DNA from: Acidobacteriota bacterium
GTDB taxonomy: Bacteria > Acidobacteriota > Thermoanaerobaculia > UBA5066
Direction: 5' to 3'
Length of the DNA: 50,922 nucleotides
Assembly: GCA_022711615.1 (NCBI GenBank)
Contig: JAKLER010000001.1
Span: 1 to 50,922 of the forward strand
Shown here piece by piece: positions 1 through 8,032 of this stretch (positions within the stretch are counted from its first letter, which is position 1; every line of letters starts with the position of its first letter). The translations under genes were made by a program, and so were the position numbers. A model generated the notes under the pieces. That model searched no databases, was not told the origin of the DNA, and saw only the letters and a program-made list of their open reading frames with translations.

Positions 1-711
1 GTACGCCGGGCCGAGCCTGTGCTTGACGGTCCTCAGGCTGTCGAGGATCTTCTTCTCGGTGAGGTCCTCGAAGCGTTCGCACGAGTCGATGTCCTTCCGG
101 AGAAGGCCCAGGGCCTTGACCGACGCCGTCAGCTCGGCTGCGGGCGCGGGATTGCGGCGGACGAGCCCGAGGAGCGAGGCGAAGAGCTTCGTGAGCTCCT
201 GCGGGAACCGGGGCAGGTATCTCCCGTCGTCGAGCGACCGGCGCGCCCCGACCAGCGTCAGCAGGAAGTCCATCTTGTCGAGCGCTTCCGGCGACACCTG
301 GCGCGCGTGGAAGTAGAAGCGGAGGATCGCGAGGAGGAGCTTCTCGTCCTCCGTCCGGACCTTCTCGAAGAAGCGGCGGACCCAGCTCGCCGCGATCTTC
401 TCGTCGTCCGCCGAGAGGGCCCGGTAGACGACGTCGAGCCGGCCGTCGAGCTGGTGGATCCGGTCGATGACGACCGGCGGCGGCTCGACGTTCATGACCG
501 TCGTCACGGCCCGGATCTCGTCGTAGAGCCCCTGGAAATCCACGTTGTAGCCCGGCGCGTCGCCGAAGAAGGTCTTGTGCACCCCCTGGAGGAACTGATG
601 GAACGTCCAGAAGGTCTTGAACTTCTCGGTCAGGCGCGTGTAGGCGTCGTGAATGGTCTTCAGATCGACGATCGACGTGCTCACGTGAACCTCTCGGAGT
701 TGCGCCTGCAT
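1..711 (-). CDS. hypothetical protein, 5' part only (gene continues past the left edge)
   Basis: Minus-strand frame open to the left edge, absent from the ORF track because it has no stop inside the window. Own translation from ATG 711: MQAQLREVHVSTSIVDLKTIHDAYTRLTEKFKTFWTFHQFLQGVHKTFFGDAPGYNVDFQGLYDEIRAV... Composition is balanced (K, F, W, H, Y present), unlike the R/E/D/P-rich antisense ORF 19..729. Alternative start GTG 684 is preceded by GAGG. No family recognised. Confidence 0.6.
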   Translation of the reverse strand, partial: MQAQLREVHVSTSIVDLKTIHDAYTRLTEKFKTFWTFHQFLQGVHKTFFGDAPGYNVDFQGLYDEIRAVTTVMNVEPPPVVIDRIHQLDGRLDVVYRALSADDEKIAASWVRRFFEKVRTEDEKLLLAILRFYFHARQVSPEALDKMDFLLTLVGARRSLDDGRYLPRFPQELTKLFASLLGLVRRNPAPAAELTASVKALGLLRKDIDSCERFEDLTEKKILDSLRTVKHRLGPAY

Positions 712-717
712 TATAGT
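712..717 (+). promoter_or_regulatory. putative -10 hexamer TATAGT, 8 nt upstream of hpt GTG 726 (leaderless-type)
   Basis: The only A/T island in the 14-nt divergent intergenic region. On the other strand it reads TATAAT (715..710). Confidence 0.4.
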
Positions 718-725
718 TTCGTCCC

Positions 726-1244
726 GTGATCGACCGCATCCTCATTTCCGAGCAGCAGATCTCGGCCCGCCTGGACGAGCTGGCCCGGGAGATCGACTCG
801 GCCTACGCGGGCCGGGAGATCCTCGCCGTCGGCGTCCTGAAGGGCTCCGTCTTCTTCCTCACCGACCTCCTGAAGCGCCTTTCGACCCCGGTGGCCGTCG
901 ACTTCCTCCAGGTGAGGTCGTACTCCGGGACCGCCTCCACCGGGAACTTCGAGCTCGTCCGCGACCTCTCCTCGGACATCGCGGGACGCGACGTCCTGAT
1001 CTTCGAGGACGTCGTCGACACGGGCCTGACGCTCCGCAAGCTCCTCGGCCTCCTCGGGACGCGGGGCCCGCGCTCCGTGAGGATCGCCGCGCTCCTGAAG
1101 AAGGACCTCCCCGAGAACGCCGACCTCCCGGTCGACTTCCTCGGCTTCACGATCGGCCCCGAGTTCGTCGTCGGCTACGGCCTCGACCTCGACGAGAAGT
1201 ACCGTAACCTTCCCTACGTCGCCATCTGGGACCCGAGCAAATGA
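726..1244 (+). CDS. hpt: hypoxanthine(-guanine) phosphoribosyltransferase
   Basis: 172-aa ORF with PRPP-binding loop VLIFEDVVDTGLT and HGPRT-like blocks GVLKGSVFFLTDLLKRL and FVVGYGLDLDEKYRNLPYV. GTG start. ATGA overlap with the next gene. Confidence 0.9.
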   Translation: MIDRILISEQQISARLDELAREIDSAYAGREILAVGVLKGSVFFLTDLLKRLSTPVAVDFLQVRSYSGTASTGNFELVRDLSSDIAGRDVLIFEDVVDTGLTLRKLLGLLGTRGPRSVRIAALLKKDLPENADLPVDFLGFTIGPEFVVGYGLDLDEKYRNLPYVAIWDPSK

Positions 1245-1633
1245 GCCAGCTGAAGACCATCGCCGTCGAGAACGCCCCGAAGGCCATCGGCCCCTACGCG
1301 CAGGGGATCGTGGCCGGAGGGTTCCTTTTCAGCGCCGGACAGGTCCACCTCGACCCGGCCACGATGAAGCTCGTCTCCGGGACGATCGCCGAGGAGACGA
1401 ACCAGGTGTTCGACAACCTCGAGGCGGTCCTCGCCGGGGCCGGCTGCACGCTCGCCGACGTCGTCAAGACGACCGTCTTCCTGACCGACATGGGGAGCTT
1501 CGCCGAGATGAACGGCGCCTACGCCGCCCGCTTCGGCGACCACCGGCCGGCCCGCTCGACCGTCCAGGTCGGCGCTCTCCCCGGGAATGGCCGCGTCGAG
1601 ATCGAGCTGATCGCGAAGCTCCCCGGCGCCTGA
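1241..1633 (+). CDS. ridA: RidA/YjgF-family reactive-intermediate deaminase
   Basis: 130 aa with typical RidA blocks APKAIGPYAQG, FSAGQV, KTTVFLTDM and PARSTVQVGALP. Confidence 0.88.
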   Translation: MSQLKTIAVENAPKAIGPYAQGIVAGGFLFSAGQVHLDPATMKLVSGTIAEETNQVFDNLEAVLAGAGCTLADVVKTTVFLTDMGSFAEMNGAYAARFGDHRPARSTVQVGALPGNGRVEIELIAKLPGA

Positions 1634-1637
1634 GGAG

Positions 1638-1654
1638 GGGGCGGGCTCCGCCCC
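1638..1654. terminator. short GC hairpin between convergent ridA and ltaE
   Basis: GGGGCGG-gct-CCGCCCC, a 7-bp stem and 3-nt loop in the 25-nt gap. No U-tract. Confidence 0.35.
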
Positions 1655-1658
1655 GCTC

Positions 1659-2711
1659 TCAGCTCATGCCCGCGGACTCCCGGAACGCCGCCACGCAGCG
1701 GTCCACGTCGGCGTCGCCGACGTCGGCGTGCGTCACGAGGCGGACCGACGCCGGACCGGCCGCCCCGGCGAGGATGCCGCGCGTTCGCAGCTTCCCGAGG
1801 GCGTCGTTCGCCGAGCCCCAGACGCGGGCGTCGAGGTCGACGATCAGGATGTTCGTCGGGAAGGACTCCGGGTCGACCGAGACCCCCCGGACGCCCGCCA
1901 GCTCGCGGGCCAGCCGGGCGAGCCGGGCGTGGTCCTCGGCGAGTCGACCTCGTTCGTCCTCGAGGGCGACGAGCGCCGCCGCGGCGAGGACCCCGGCCTG
2001 GCGCATCCCTCCGCCGAAGAGCTTCCTCGCGCGGCGCGCCTCGGCGACGAACGCCTCCGAGCCGGCCACGGCGCTCCCGACGGGGGCACGGAGCCCTTTC
2101 GAGAAGCAGACCATCACCGAGTCGACCCCCGCCACGAGCGACGCCTCGGAGACCCGGAGCGCGGCCGCGGCGTTCCAGAGCCGCGCCCCGTCGACGTGAA
2201 CGGCGAGCCCCTTCCTCCGGGCGAGCGCCAGGACCTCCTCCACCGCGGCCCGAGGCAGGACCGTCCCCCCTGCGAAGTTGTGGGTGTTCTCGAGGCAGAC
2301 GAGCGAGGTCCGCGGGAGGTAGTAGACGGACTCGGGCCTCACCCAGGCTTCTGCCTCGGCCTCCGGCATCCGCCCTCCCGGCCCGAACACCGGGCGCGGG
2401 AGGAGCCCCGACAGCGCCGCCATCGCGCCCATCTCGTAGTGGAACACGTGGCTCCGCGCCTCGACGATCACTTCCGTGCCCGGCCGGGCGTGGACGCGGA
2501 GCGCGATCTGGTTCCCCATCGAGCCGGTGGGGACGAAGAGGGCGGCCGGGAAGCCGAGGAGCTCGGCCGTCCGCGCCTCGAGGCGGGCGATCGTCGGGTC
2601 CTCGCCGTAGACGTCGTCCCCGACCTCGGCCTCGGCCATCGCGCGGCGCATCGCGGGGGTCGGCTTCGTGACGGTGTCGGAGCGGAAGTCGGAGATCGGA
2701 GCGGCGCTCAT
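1659..2711 (-). CDS. ltaE: low-specificity L-threonine aldolase (PLP-dependent)
   Basis: The real CDS is the last 350 codons of listed ORF 1659..3452, starting at ATG 2711 ([40 protein letters not shown]...), a typical threonine aldolase N-terminus. The upstream part of the ORF is R/G/P-rich and overlaps the MBL gene. Confidence 0.88.
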   Translation of the reverse strand: MSAAPISDFRSDTVTKPTPAMRRAMAEAEVGDDVYGEDPTIARLEARTAELLGFPAALFVPTGSMGNQIALRVHARPGTEVIVEARSHVFHYEMGAMAALSGLLPRPVFGPGGRMPEAEAEAWVRPESVYYLPRTSLVCLENTHNFAGGTVLPRAAVEEVLALARRKGLAVHVDGARLWNAAAALRVSEASLVAGVDSVMVCFSKGLRAPVGSAVAGSEAFVAEARRARKLFGGGMRQAGVLAAAALVALEDERGRLAEDHARLARLARELAGVRGVSVDPESFPTNILIVDLDARVWGSANDALGKLRTRGILAGAAGPASVRLVTHADVGDADVDRCVAAFRESAGMS

Positions 2712-2718
2712 CGGCGGG

Positions 2719-2724
2719 AGTCTA
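2719..2724 (-). promoter_or_regulatory. putative -10 hexamer TAGACT, 7 nt upstream of ltaE ATG 2711 (leaderless-type)
   Basis: The minus strand reads ggccTAGACTcccgccgATG. No SD. Confidence 0.4.
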
Positions 2725-2764
2725 GGCCGAGGCGCCCCGGGACCGTGTGGCAGACTCGGCCGCC

Positions 2765-3424
2765 ATGGGCCTCGTCCTCGTGGAGACCTTCCCCGTCGCC
2801 CCCCTCGGCTGCAACTGCGCGATCGTGGCCGACCCCGTGTCGAAGGCGGCGATCGTCCTCGATCCGGGCGGTGAGCCGGACCGCGTCCTGGCCTCGCTGG
2901 CCCGCCACGGCCTGAACGCCGTCGCGCTCGTTCACACGCACGCCCACCTCGACCACTGCCTCTCCTCGGCGAGGCTGTCGAAGGAGACGGGCGCGCCGAT
3001 CCTGATGCACGAAGGAGACCTTCCGCTCTACGGCGACCTCGGCCGCTGGGGACGGATGTTCGGCCTGACTCCCGAGGCTCCCGGTCCCGTCGCGAGGACT
3101 CTCGGCCACGGGGAGCGCGTCGCCTGCGGCGCCGGGGCTCTCGAGGTCCTTCACACGCCTGGTCACACTCCCGGGAGCGTCTGCTTCCGGCTGGAGGGCG
3201 ACAGCCCCCTCCTCTTCTCGGGCGACACCCTCTTCCGGCGCTCCGTCGGCCGGACCGATTTCCCCGGCGGCTCCTGGGACGACCTCGTCTCGTCCATCGA
3301 GACCCGTCTTCTGACGCTTCCCGGCGACCTCGTCGTCCTGCCGGGTCACGGCGAGGAGACGACGATCGGCGAGGAGTCGAGGCTGAACCCGTTCCTCGGC
3401 GACCGCTCCCGGCCCGTGGCCTGA
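2765..3424 (+). CDS. MBL-fold metallo-hydrolase (glyoxalase II-like)
   Basis: HxHxDH zinc motif HTHAHLDH, plus HTPGHTPGS and GDTLF blocks. ATG 2765 is preferred over the listed GTG 2747. Confidence 0.8.
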   Translation: MGLVLVETFPVAPLGCNCAIVADPVSKAAIVLDPGGEPDRVLASLARHGLNAVALVHTHAHLDHCLSSARLSKETGAPILMHEGDLPLYGDLGRWGRMFGLTPEAPGPVARTLGHGERVACGAGALEVLHTPGHTPGSVCFRLEGDSPLLFSGDTLFRRSVGRTDFPGGSWDDLVSSIETRLLTLPGDLVVLPGHGEETTIGEESRLNPFLGDRSRPVA

Positions 3425-3429
3425 AGGCC

Positions 3430-3508
3430 CCCACCCCGCGCCCCCCACCCACCGCCCTTCGCGGTGCGCGCTTCGCGCGGGCGGGATGAACGCGGGGCGC
3501 GGGGTGGG
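3430..3508 (+). terminator. long-range GC hairpin downstream of the MBL hydrolase gene
   Basis: Perfect 15-bp inverted repeat: CCCACCCCGCGCCCC (3430..3444) with GGGGCGCGGGGTGGG (3494..3508). The 49-nt G/C-rich interior has its own pairing potential. It starts 6 nt after the stop at 3424. Confidence 0.4.
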
Positions 3509-3526
3509 ACGCGAGAAGACGCGTTG

Positions 3527-3682
3527 CGCGCGCCCCCCGGCCCCCCTCTTCAGCTCACTCGTACCGCAGCGCCTCGATCGGATCCAGTCTCTCGCCGCTC
3601 CCGGGGGGCTTGGCTCCGCGCGCCCCCCGGACCCCCCGCTTCAGCTCACTCGTACCGCAGCGCCTCGATCGGATCCAGTCTC
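3527..3682. repeat. tandem direct repeat, 66-bp unit with 90-bp period, duplicating the last 12 codons plus 3' flank of the permease gene
   Basis: Copy 1 is 3527..3592 and copy 2 is 3617..3682. The segment tcagctcactcgtaccgcagcgcctcgatcggatccagtctc is identical over 43 nt (3550..3592 = 3640..3682). The preceding 23 nt, cgcgcgccccccgg(c/a)cccc(c/c)(t/c)(c/g)(t/c)t, differ at a few positions. Confidence 0.85.
3601..3630 (-). terminator. GC hairpin 16 nt downstream of the permease stop codon
   Basis: CCGGGGGGC (3601..3609) pairs with GCCCCCCGG (3622..3630), a 9-bp stem and 12-nt loop. A second GCCCCCCGG at 3532..3540 could pair instead. Confidence 0.45.
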
Positions 3683-4872
3683 GAGGCTTTGAGCGCCGGG
3701 TAGAAGCCGAAGGTGACGCCGATGACGGCGGAGAAGACGAAGGCGAGCGACACGGAGCTGGTCGTGACGGCGACGGGCCAGCCGGCGAGCTTCGCCACGG
3801 CTTCCTGGATGCCGACGCCGAGCGCGATCCCGAGGACGCCCCCGGCGATCGCGAGGACGACGGCCTCGACGAGGAACTGCGCGCGGATGTCGGATCCCTT
3901 CGCGCCGATCGCCATTCGCACGCCGATCTCGCGCGTCCGCTCCGTCACGGAGACGAGCATGATGTTCATGATCCCGATCCCGCCCACGAGGAGCGAGACG
4001 CCCGCGATCGACCAGAGGAGGATCGCCATCGTCTTCGACTGCTCCTCGGCGCGCGCGAGCATCTCGGTCTGGGAGCGGATCATGAAGTCGTCCTCCTGGC
4101 CCGCCGCGCGGTTGATCCGGTGGCGCTGCCGGAGGAGCGCCGTGATCTCCTCCTGGGCCCGGTCGACGAGCTCGGGCGTGGAGACGGCCGCCATGATCAT
4201 CCCGACCGCCGTCGTCCCCATGATCTTCTTCCGGACCGTCTGGTAGGGGGCGACGACCGTGTCGTCCTGGTCCTGCCCCATCATCGAGCCCCCCTTCGGC
4301 TCGAGGACGCCGACGACGCGGAACGGGATGTTCTTGATCCGGATCGTCTTCCCGACGGGATCCTCGGTGCCGAAGAGGGTCGTCGCGACGGTCTGCCCGA
4401 GGACGCAGACCTTCGCTGCCGCCCGGTTGTCCTGGTCGGTGAAGAACTGCCCCTGCGCGACGTTCCAGGAGCGGATCGCCGGCCAGTCGACCTCGCCCCC
4501 CTGGATCGACGTCGACCAGTTCTGGTTCCCGTACACGACCTGCGCGACCGAGCGGATCGACGCGGAGACGTAGGAGACGGTCGGGACCTCCGCGCGGATC
4601 GCCGCGACGTCCTCCTCGGACAGCTTCGAGTTCGACCCCCAGCCCGACCGCGCTCCCGAGGAGGTGACCGTCCCGGGATGGATCATCAGGAAGTTCGTCC
4701 CGAGCGACTGGAGCTGCTGCTCGGTCTGGACCCTCGCCCCTTCTCCGATCCCGATCGTCGCCACGACGCAGGCGACGCCGATGATGATCCCCAGCGCCGT
4801 CAGGAGCGAGCGCATCTTGTTCCGCCCCATGGCGCGGAACGCGACCTTCAGGATGCTCGTCGTCTTCGTCAT
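3646..4872 (-). CDS. MacB/DevC-type ABC efflux permease (MacB periplasmic domain + FtsX)
   Basis: Last 408 codons of listed ORF 3646..5640, starting at ATG 4872 (MTKTTSILKVAFRAMGRNKMRSLLTALGIIIGVA...). It has an N-terminal TM helix, a large periplasmic domain and a C-terminal FtsX bundle ending RLDPIEALRYE. ATGA overlap with the ATPase gene. Confidence 0.88.
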   Translation of the reverse strand: MTKTTSILKVAFRAMGRNKMRSLLTALGIIIGVACVVATIGIGEGARVQTEQQLQSLGTNFLMIHPGTVTSSGARSGWGSNSKLSEEDVAAIRAEVPTVSYVSASIRSVAQVVYGNQNWSTSIQGGEVDWPAIRSWNVAQGQFFTDQDNRAAAKVCVLGQTVATTLFGTEDPVGKTIRIKNIPFRVVGVLEPKGGSMMGQDQDDTVVAPYQTVRKKIMGTTAVGMIMAAVSTPELVDRAQEEITALLRQRHRINRAAGQEDDFMIRSQTEMLARAEEQSKTMAILLWSIAGVSLLVGGIGIMNIMLVSVTERTREIGVRMAIGAKGSDIRAQFLVEAVVLAIAGGVLGIALGVGIQEAVAKLAGWPVAVTTSSVSLAFVFSAVIGVTFGFYPALKASRLDPIEALRYE

Positions 4873-5606
4873 CGCGTCCCCTTCGCGGATCGACGCTCCT
4901 TCACCACGTCGTCGGAGACGATGCGGCCGTCGCGGAACGCCACGACCCGCCGCGCGTACTCGGCGATGTCGTGCTCGTGGGTGATCAGGACGACCGTCTT
5001 CCCCTCCTCGTTCAGCTCCTGGAAGATCCCCATGATCTCGTCGGAGGTCCTCGAGTCGAGGTTCCCCGTCGGCTCGTCGGCGAGGAGGATCGCCGGGTCG
5101 TTCACGAGGGCCCGGGCCACGGCGACGCGCTGCTGCTGGCCGCCGGAGAGCTGCGCGGGCGTGTGGTCCCAGCGTTCCGCGAGGCCGACCTTCGCGAGGC
5201 AGCCCCGGGCCTTCTCGAGCTGCCCGGCGTCCGAGAGCCGGTGCTTGCGGGAGTAGAGGAGCGGCAGCTCGACGTTCTCGAGCGCCGAGGTCCTCGAGAG
5301 GAGGTTGAAGCTCTGGAAGACGAAGCCGATCTTGTCGTTCCGGATCCCGGCCCTCTCGTTCCGGTCGAGCGTCGAGACGTCGGTCCCCTCGAGGACGTAG
5401 GTGCCGGAAGTCGGTCGGTCGAGGCACCCGAGGATGTTCATGAACGTGGACTTGCCGGATCCCGAAGGGCCCATGACGGCGAGGAACTCGCCGGGAGCGA
5501 CGTCGAGCGTGACGCCGTCGAGGGCCCGCACCTCGGAGTCCCCCATCCGGTAGACGCGCGTCAGGTCGCGTATCCGGATGACCGGCTCGGCCGAGCTCGC
5601 GGCCAC
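4869..5606 (-). CDS. MacB/LolD-type ABC transporter ATP-binding protein
   Basis: Walker A GPSGSGKST, ABC signature LSGGQQQRV, Walker B LLADEPTGNLD, H-loop ITHE. GTG start. Confidence 0.92.
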   Translation of the reverse strand: MAASSAEPVIRIRDLTRVYRMGDSEVRALDGVTLDVAPGEFLAVMGPSGSGKSTFMNILGCLDRPTSGTYVLEGTDVSTLDRNERAGIRNDKIGFVFQSFNLLSRTSALENVELPLLYSRKHRLSDAGQLEKARGCLAKVGLAERWDHTPAQLSGGQQQRVAVARALVNDPAILLADEPTGNLDSRTSDEIMGIFQELNEEGKTVVLITHEHDIAEYARRVVAFRDGRIVSDDVVKERRSAKGTR

Positions 5607-5608
5607 GC

Positions 5609-6901
5609 CTACATCCGCCCCATGCCGCGCGGCGCGCCACCGCCCGCGCCGCTCCCCGCCCGGGCCGTTGCGAGGCCGAGGACGACCTCGTCCCCCTCCT
5701 TCAGGTCGTCCGTCTCGACGGCCGTCAGGTTCCCGTCGGTCAGCGTCGTCTTTGCGCGGACGACGCGGAGCTTCCCGGTCGGGAGCTCGACGTAGACCTC
5801 TCCCGAGCGGGAGGGCCCGGAACGGCCGGCCCCGCCCCGTCCCGCGCCGCCGCCCGGCCGGCCCCCTTCGCCTCGGCCCGGTCGCCCGCCGGCCGGAGCC
5901 CCGGCCGTGCCGTTTCCGGCTCCTTCCGCACGTGCCGCGCCCGACGGCGCGGCCGCGTCGGGCTTCGCCTTTCCGCCGCCCTCGAGGTCGGCCGGGTCGG
6001 GCTTGAAGCGAAGCGCCGCGTTCGGCACGCGCAGGACGTCGTCCCGCCGGTCGACCGGGACGAGGACGTTGGCCGTCATTCCGGGCCGCAGCCGCAGCTC
6101 CGGGTTCGACACGTCGAGGAGGACCGGATAGGTGACGACGTTCTGGACCGTCTGGGGAGAGAGGCGGATCTGCGAGACCCGTCCCGTGAACGTCCGCTCG
6201 GCGAAGGCGTCGACGGTGAACGTCGCCTCCTGCCCTTCCTTCACGCGGCCGATGTCGGCCTCGTCGATGTTCGTCAGGACCTGCATCTTCGTCAGGTCCT
6301 GCGCGATCGTGAAGAGCACCGGCGCCTGGAAGGAGGCGGCGACGGTCTGGCCGATGTCGTACTGCCGGTCCACGACGACGCCGTCGATCGGCGAAAGGAT
6401 CCTCGTGTAGGCGAGGTTCGTCTCGGCCTGCTTCAGGCTCGCCGACGACTGGGCCACGGACGCGGCGGCCCCGTCCCGGTTCGCCTTGGCCGTGTCGTAT
6501 TCCGACTGCGCCTGGAGCTGCGCCTCGAGGAGCTTCTTCGCCCGGGCCAGGACGAGCTCGGCGTTGCGCAGCTCGACCCTCGCGCGCTCCAGGTCGGCCC
6601 GGCGCTGCTCCACCGTCGCCTGGAACGGCGTCGGGTCGAGCTCGGCGAGGAGCTGGCCCCGCCGGACCTCGGAGTTGAAGTCGGCGTGGAGCCTCGCGAT
6701 GATCCCCGAGACCTGGCTGCCGACCTTGACGGTGGTGACGGCCGAGAGCGTCCCGGTCGCGGTGACCGTCGCGACGACGGAGCCCTTCGTCACCTTCTCC
6801 TTCCGGAACTTCGGCCCGCTCTTCTTGTCCTTGGAAAGGAGGAGGACGGCCGCCACCACGACGGCGGCGACGATCGCCGCTCCGACCAGAGCCTTCTTCA
6901 T
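5609..6901 (-). CDS. efflux periplasmic adaptor subunit (HlyD/MacA family)
   Basis: Last 430 codons of ORF 5609..7591, starting at ATG 6901 (MKKALVGAAIVAAVVVAAVLLLS, a signal anchor). Lipoyl/coiled-coil/barrel layout with blocks LAELDPTPFQ and ILSPIDGVVV. A Gly/Arg/Pro-rich low-complexity insert lies near the C-terminus. Confidence 0.85.
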   Translation of the reverse strand: MKKALVGAAIVAAVVVAAVLLLSKDKKSGPKFRKEKVTKGSVVATVTATGTLSAVTTVKVGSQVSGIIARLHADFNSEVRRGQLLAELDPTPFQATVEQRRADLERARVELRNAELVLARAKKLLEAQLQAQSEYDTAKANRDGAAASVAQSSASLKQAETNLAYTRILSPIDGVVVDRQYDIGQTVAASFQAPVLFTIAQDLTKMQVLTNIDEADIGRVKEGQEATFTVDAFAERTFTGRVSQIRLSPQTVQNVVTYPVLLDVSNPELRLRPGMTANVLVPVDRRDDVLRVPNAALRFKPDPADLEGGGKAKPDAAAPSGAARAEGAGNGTAGAPAGGRPGRGEGGRPGGGAGRGGAGRSGPSRSGEVYVELPTGKLRVVRAKTTLTDGNLTAVETDDLKEGDEVVLGLATARAGSGAGGGAPRGMGRM

Positions 6902-6905
6902 CGAT

Positions 6906-7982
6906 TCAGCCTTTCGCGCCGCGGCTTCGGCCCGGCGAGTCCCCGAACGGGAAGCGGAGGACCAGGCCGAGACGGAACGCGTCGAACGTCCGGACGGTCT
7001 CTCCGATCCGGATTCGCCGCGCGGTGTACTCGACGATCGCCTCGATTCCCTTCCGGCCCTTCCAGACGGCCGCGGGCTGGTGGATTCGCTCGTTCGACGC
7101 GGCGCCGTAGTAGCGCCACTCGCTGTAGACGTAGCGGAAGGTCGACTCCGGGAACTCGACGCCGGCCCCGACGAGAAGCGCGCGGCCGTCCCTCTCGGCC
7201 TCCGGCCGGAACTCCCCCGCGACCGGTTCGTCCGCCCGACGCAGGAGACCCTGGAGCTGGAGGGAGATCGGCCCGAGCGTCGCCGAGAGGTCGGCCGAGG
7301 CGTCGCTCCGCCGGTACTCCGGCCTCCCGTCGGACGCGACGATCCTCGCCGTCGCGCCGGACAGGCCCGGTCGCACCGTCCAGAGCCCCTTGTTGAAGAG
7401 GAAGGAGACCCGGCCCGAGAGGCCGTCGCGAAGCCGTGCCGCGGGATCCGATTCGACGCCCTTTCCGTCCTCTTCCCAGGCGACCCGGTCGTTGCTCCCG
7501 GCCCAGCGCGCCGCCCAGTCGAGGGAGTGCCAGCCGAGCGGCCGGCTCCCGACGATCTGGACGCCCCAGTCGGGGTTCCGGTTGACTCCATTGAGCGAGA
7601 AAAGGGTCCCGCCGAACGTCTCGTCGGCCAGGCCGACGACGCTCGGGACCTTTCCCGCGCAGAGCTCGCCGAGCGGCGTTTCGACCCAGGCGTAGCCCTC
7701 TTCGAGCCACACCGGGCCCGGGAAGTAGTCGCGGAACCGTCCTTCGCGCGCCCGCAGCTCCAGGCGGGAGCCCCAGCCGTCCCGCTCGACCTCGGCCGAG
7801 AGGAAGGCGAACAGGAGCTCGCCGTCGCGCAGCTCCCTCTCGTGCACCGGCTCGAGGTCCGAAAGGGTCGCCCCGAGGACGAAGCGGGGCTTCCCGCCCT
7901 CCGCCGGCGTTTCGGCCGGAGCGGGCGCAGCGGCGAGCAGGAGCGACGGGAGGAGCGCCTGAAGGGGCCGGAGGACTCGCAA
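6906..7982 (-). CDS. secreted protein, probable outer-membrane beta-barrel (not TolC-like)
   Basis: In-frame TTG at 7982 gives a good signal peptide, (M)RVLRPLQALLPSLLLAAAPAPA/ETP. The body is rich in W/G/R/D with alternating beta-strand-like patterns and ends ...FRLGLVLRFPF plus a short tail. It is the first gene of the MacAB-type operon. The start codon is uncertain. Confidence 0.55.
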   Translation of the reverse strand: MRVLRPLQALLPSLLLAAAPAPAETPAEGGKPRFVLGATLSDLEPVHERELRDGELLFAFLSAEVERDGWGSRLELRAREGRFRDYFPGPVWLEEGYAWVETPLGELCAGKVPSVVGLADETFGGTLFSLNGVNRNPDWGVQIVGSRPLGWHSLDWAARWAGSNDRVAWEEDGKGVESDPAARLRDGLSGRVSFLFNKGLWTVRPGLSGATARIVASDGRPEYRRSDASADLSATLGPISLQLQGLLRRADEPVAGEFRPEAERDGRALLVGAGVEFPESTFRYVYSEWRYYGAASNERIHQPAAVWKGRKGIEAIVEYTARRIRIGETVRTFDAFRLGLVLRFPFGDSPGRSRGAKG

Positions 7983-7990
7983 GCCTCCGG

Positions 7991-7996
7991 ATGATA
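7991..7996 (-). promoter_or_regulatory. putative -10 hexamer TATCAT, 8 nt upstream of TTG 7982 (leaderless-type)
   Basis: The minus strand reads gcgccgTATCATccggaggcTTG. Confidence 0.3.
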
Positions 7997-8032
7997 CGGC
8001 GCGGCCGTCGCCGGGCCGCGCGGCGTGCGCCG

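Noticed and set aside
2712-3452. N-terminal extensions of listed ORFs. Examples are 1659..3452, 3646..5640, 5609..7591, 6906..8753, 41156..44107, 46321..48189, 28854..30449, 19708..20886, 47067..48932 and 48314..49783.
   Set aside because: In each case the upstream part is Arg/Gly/Pro-rich, overlaps a neighbouring well-supported gene, and precedes an internal start that yields a family-typical N-terminus or signal peptide. I trimmed to the internal start.
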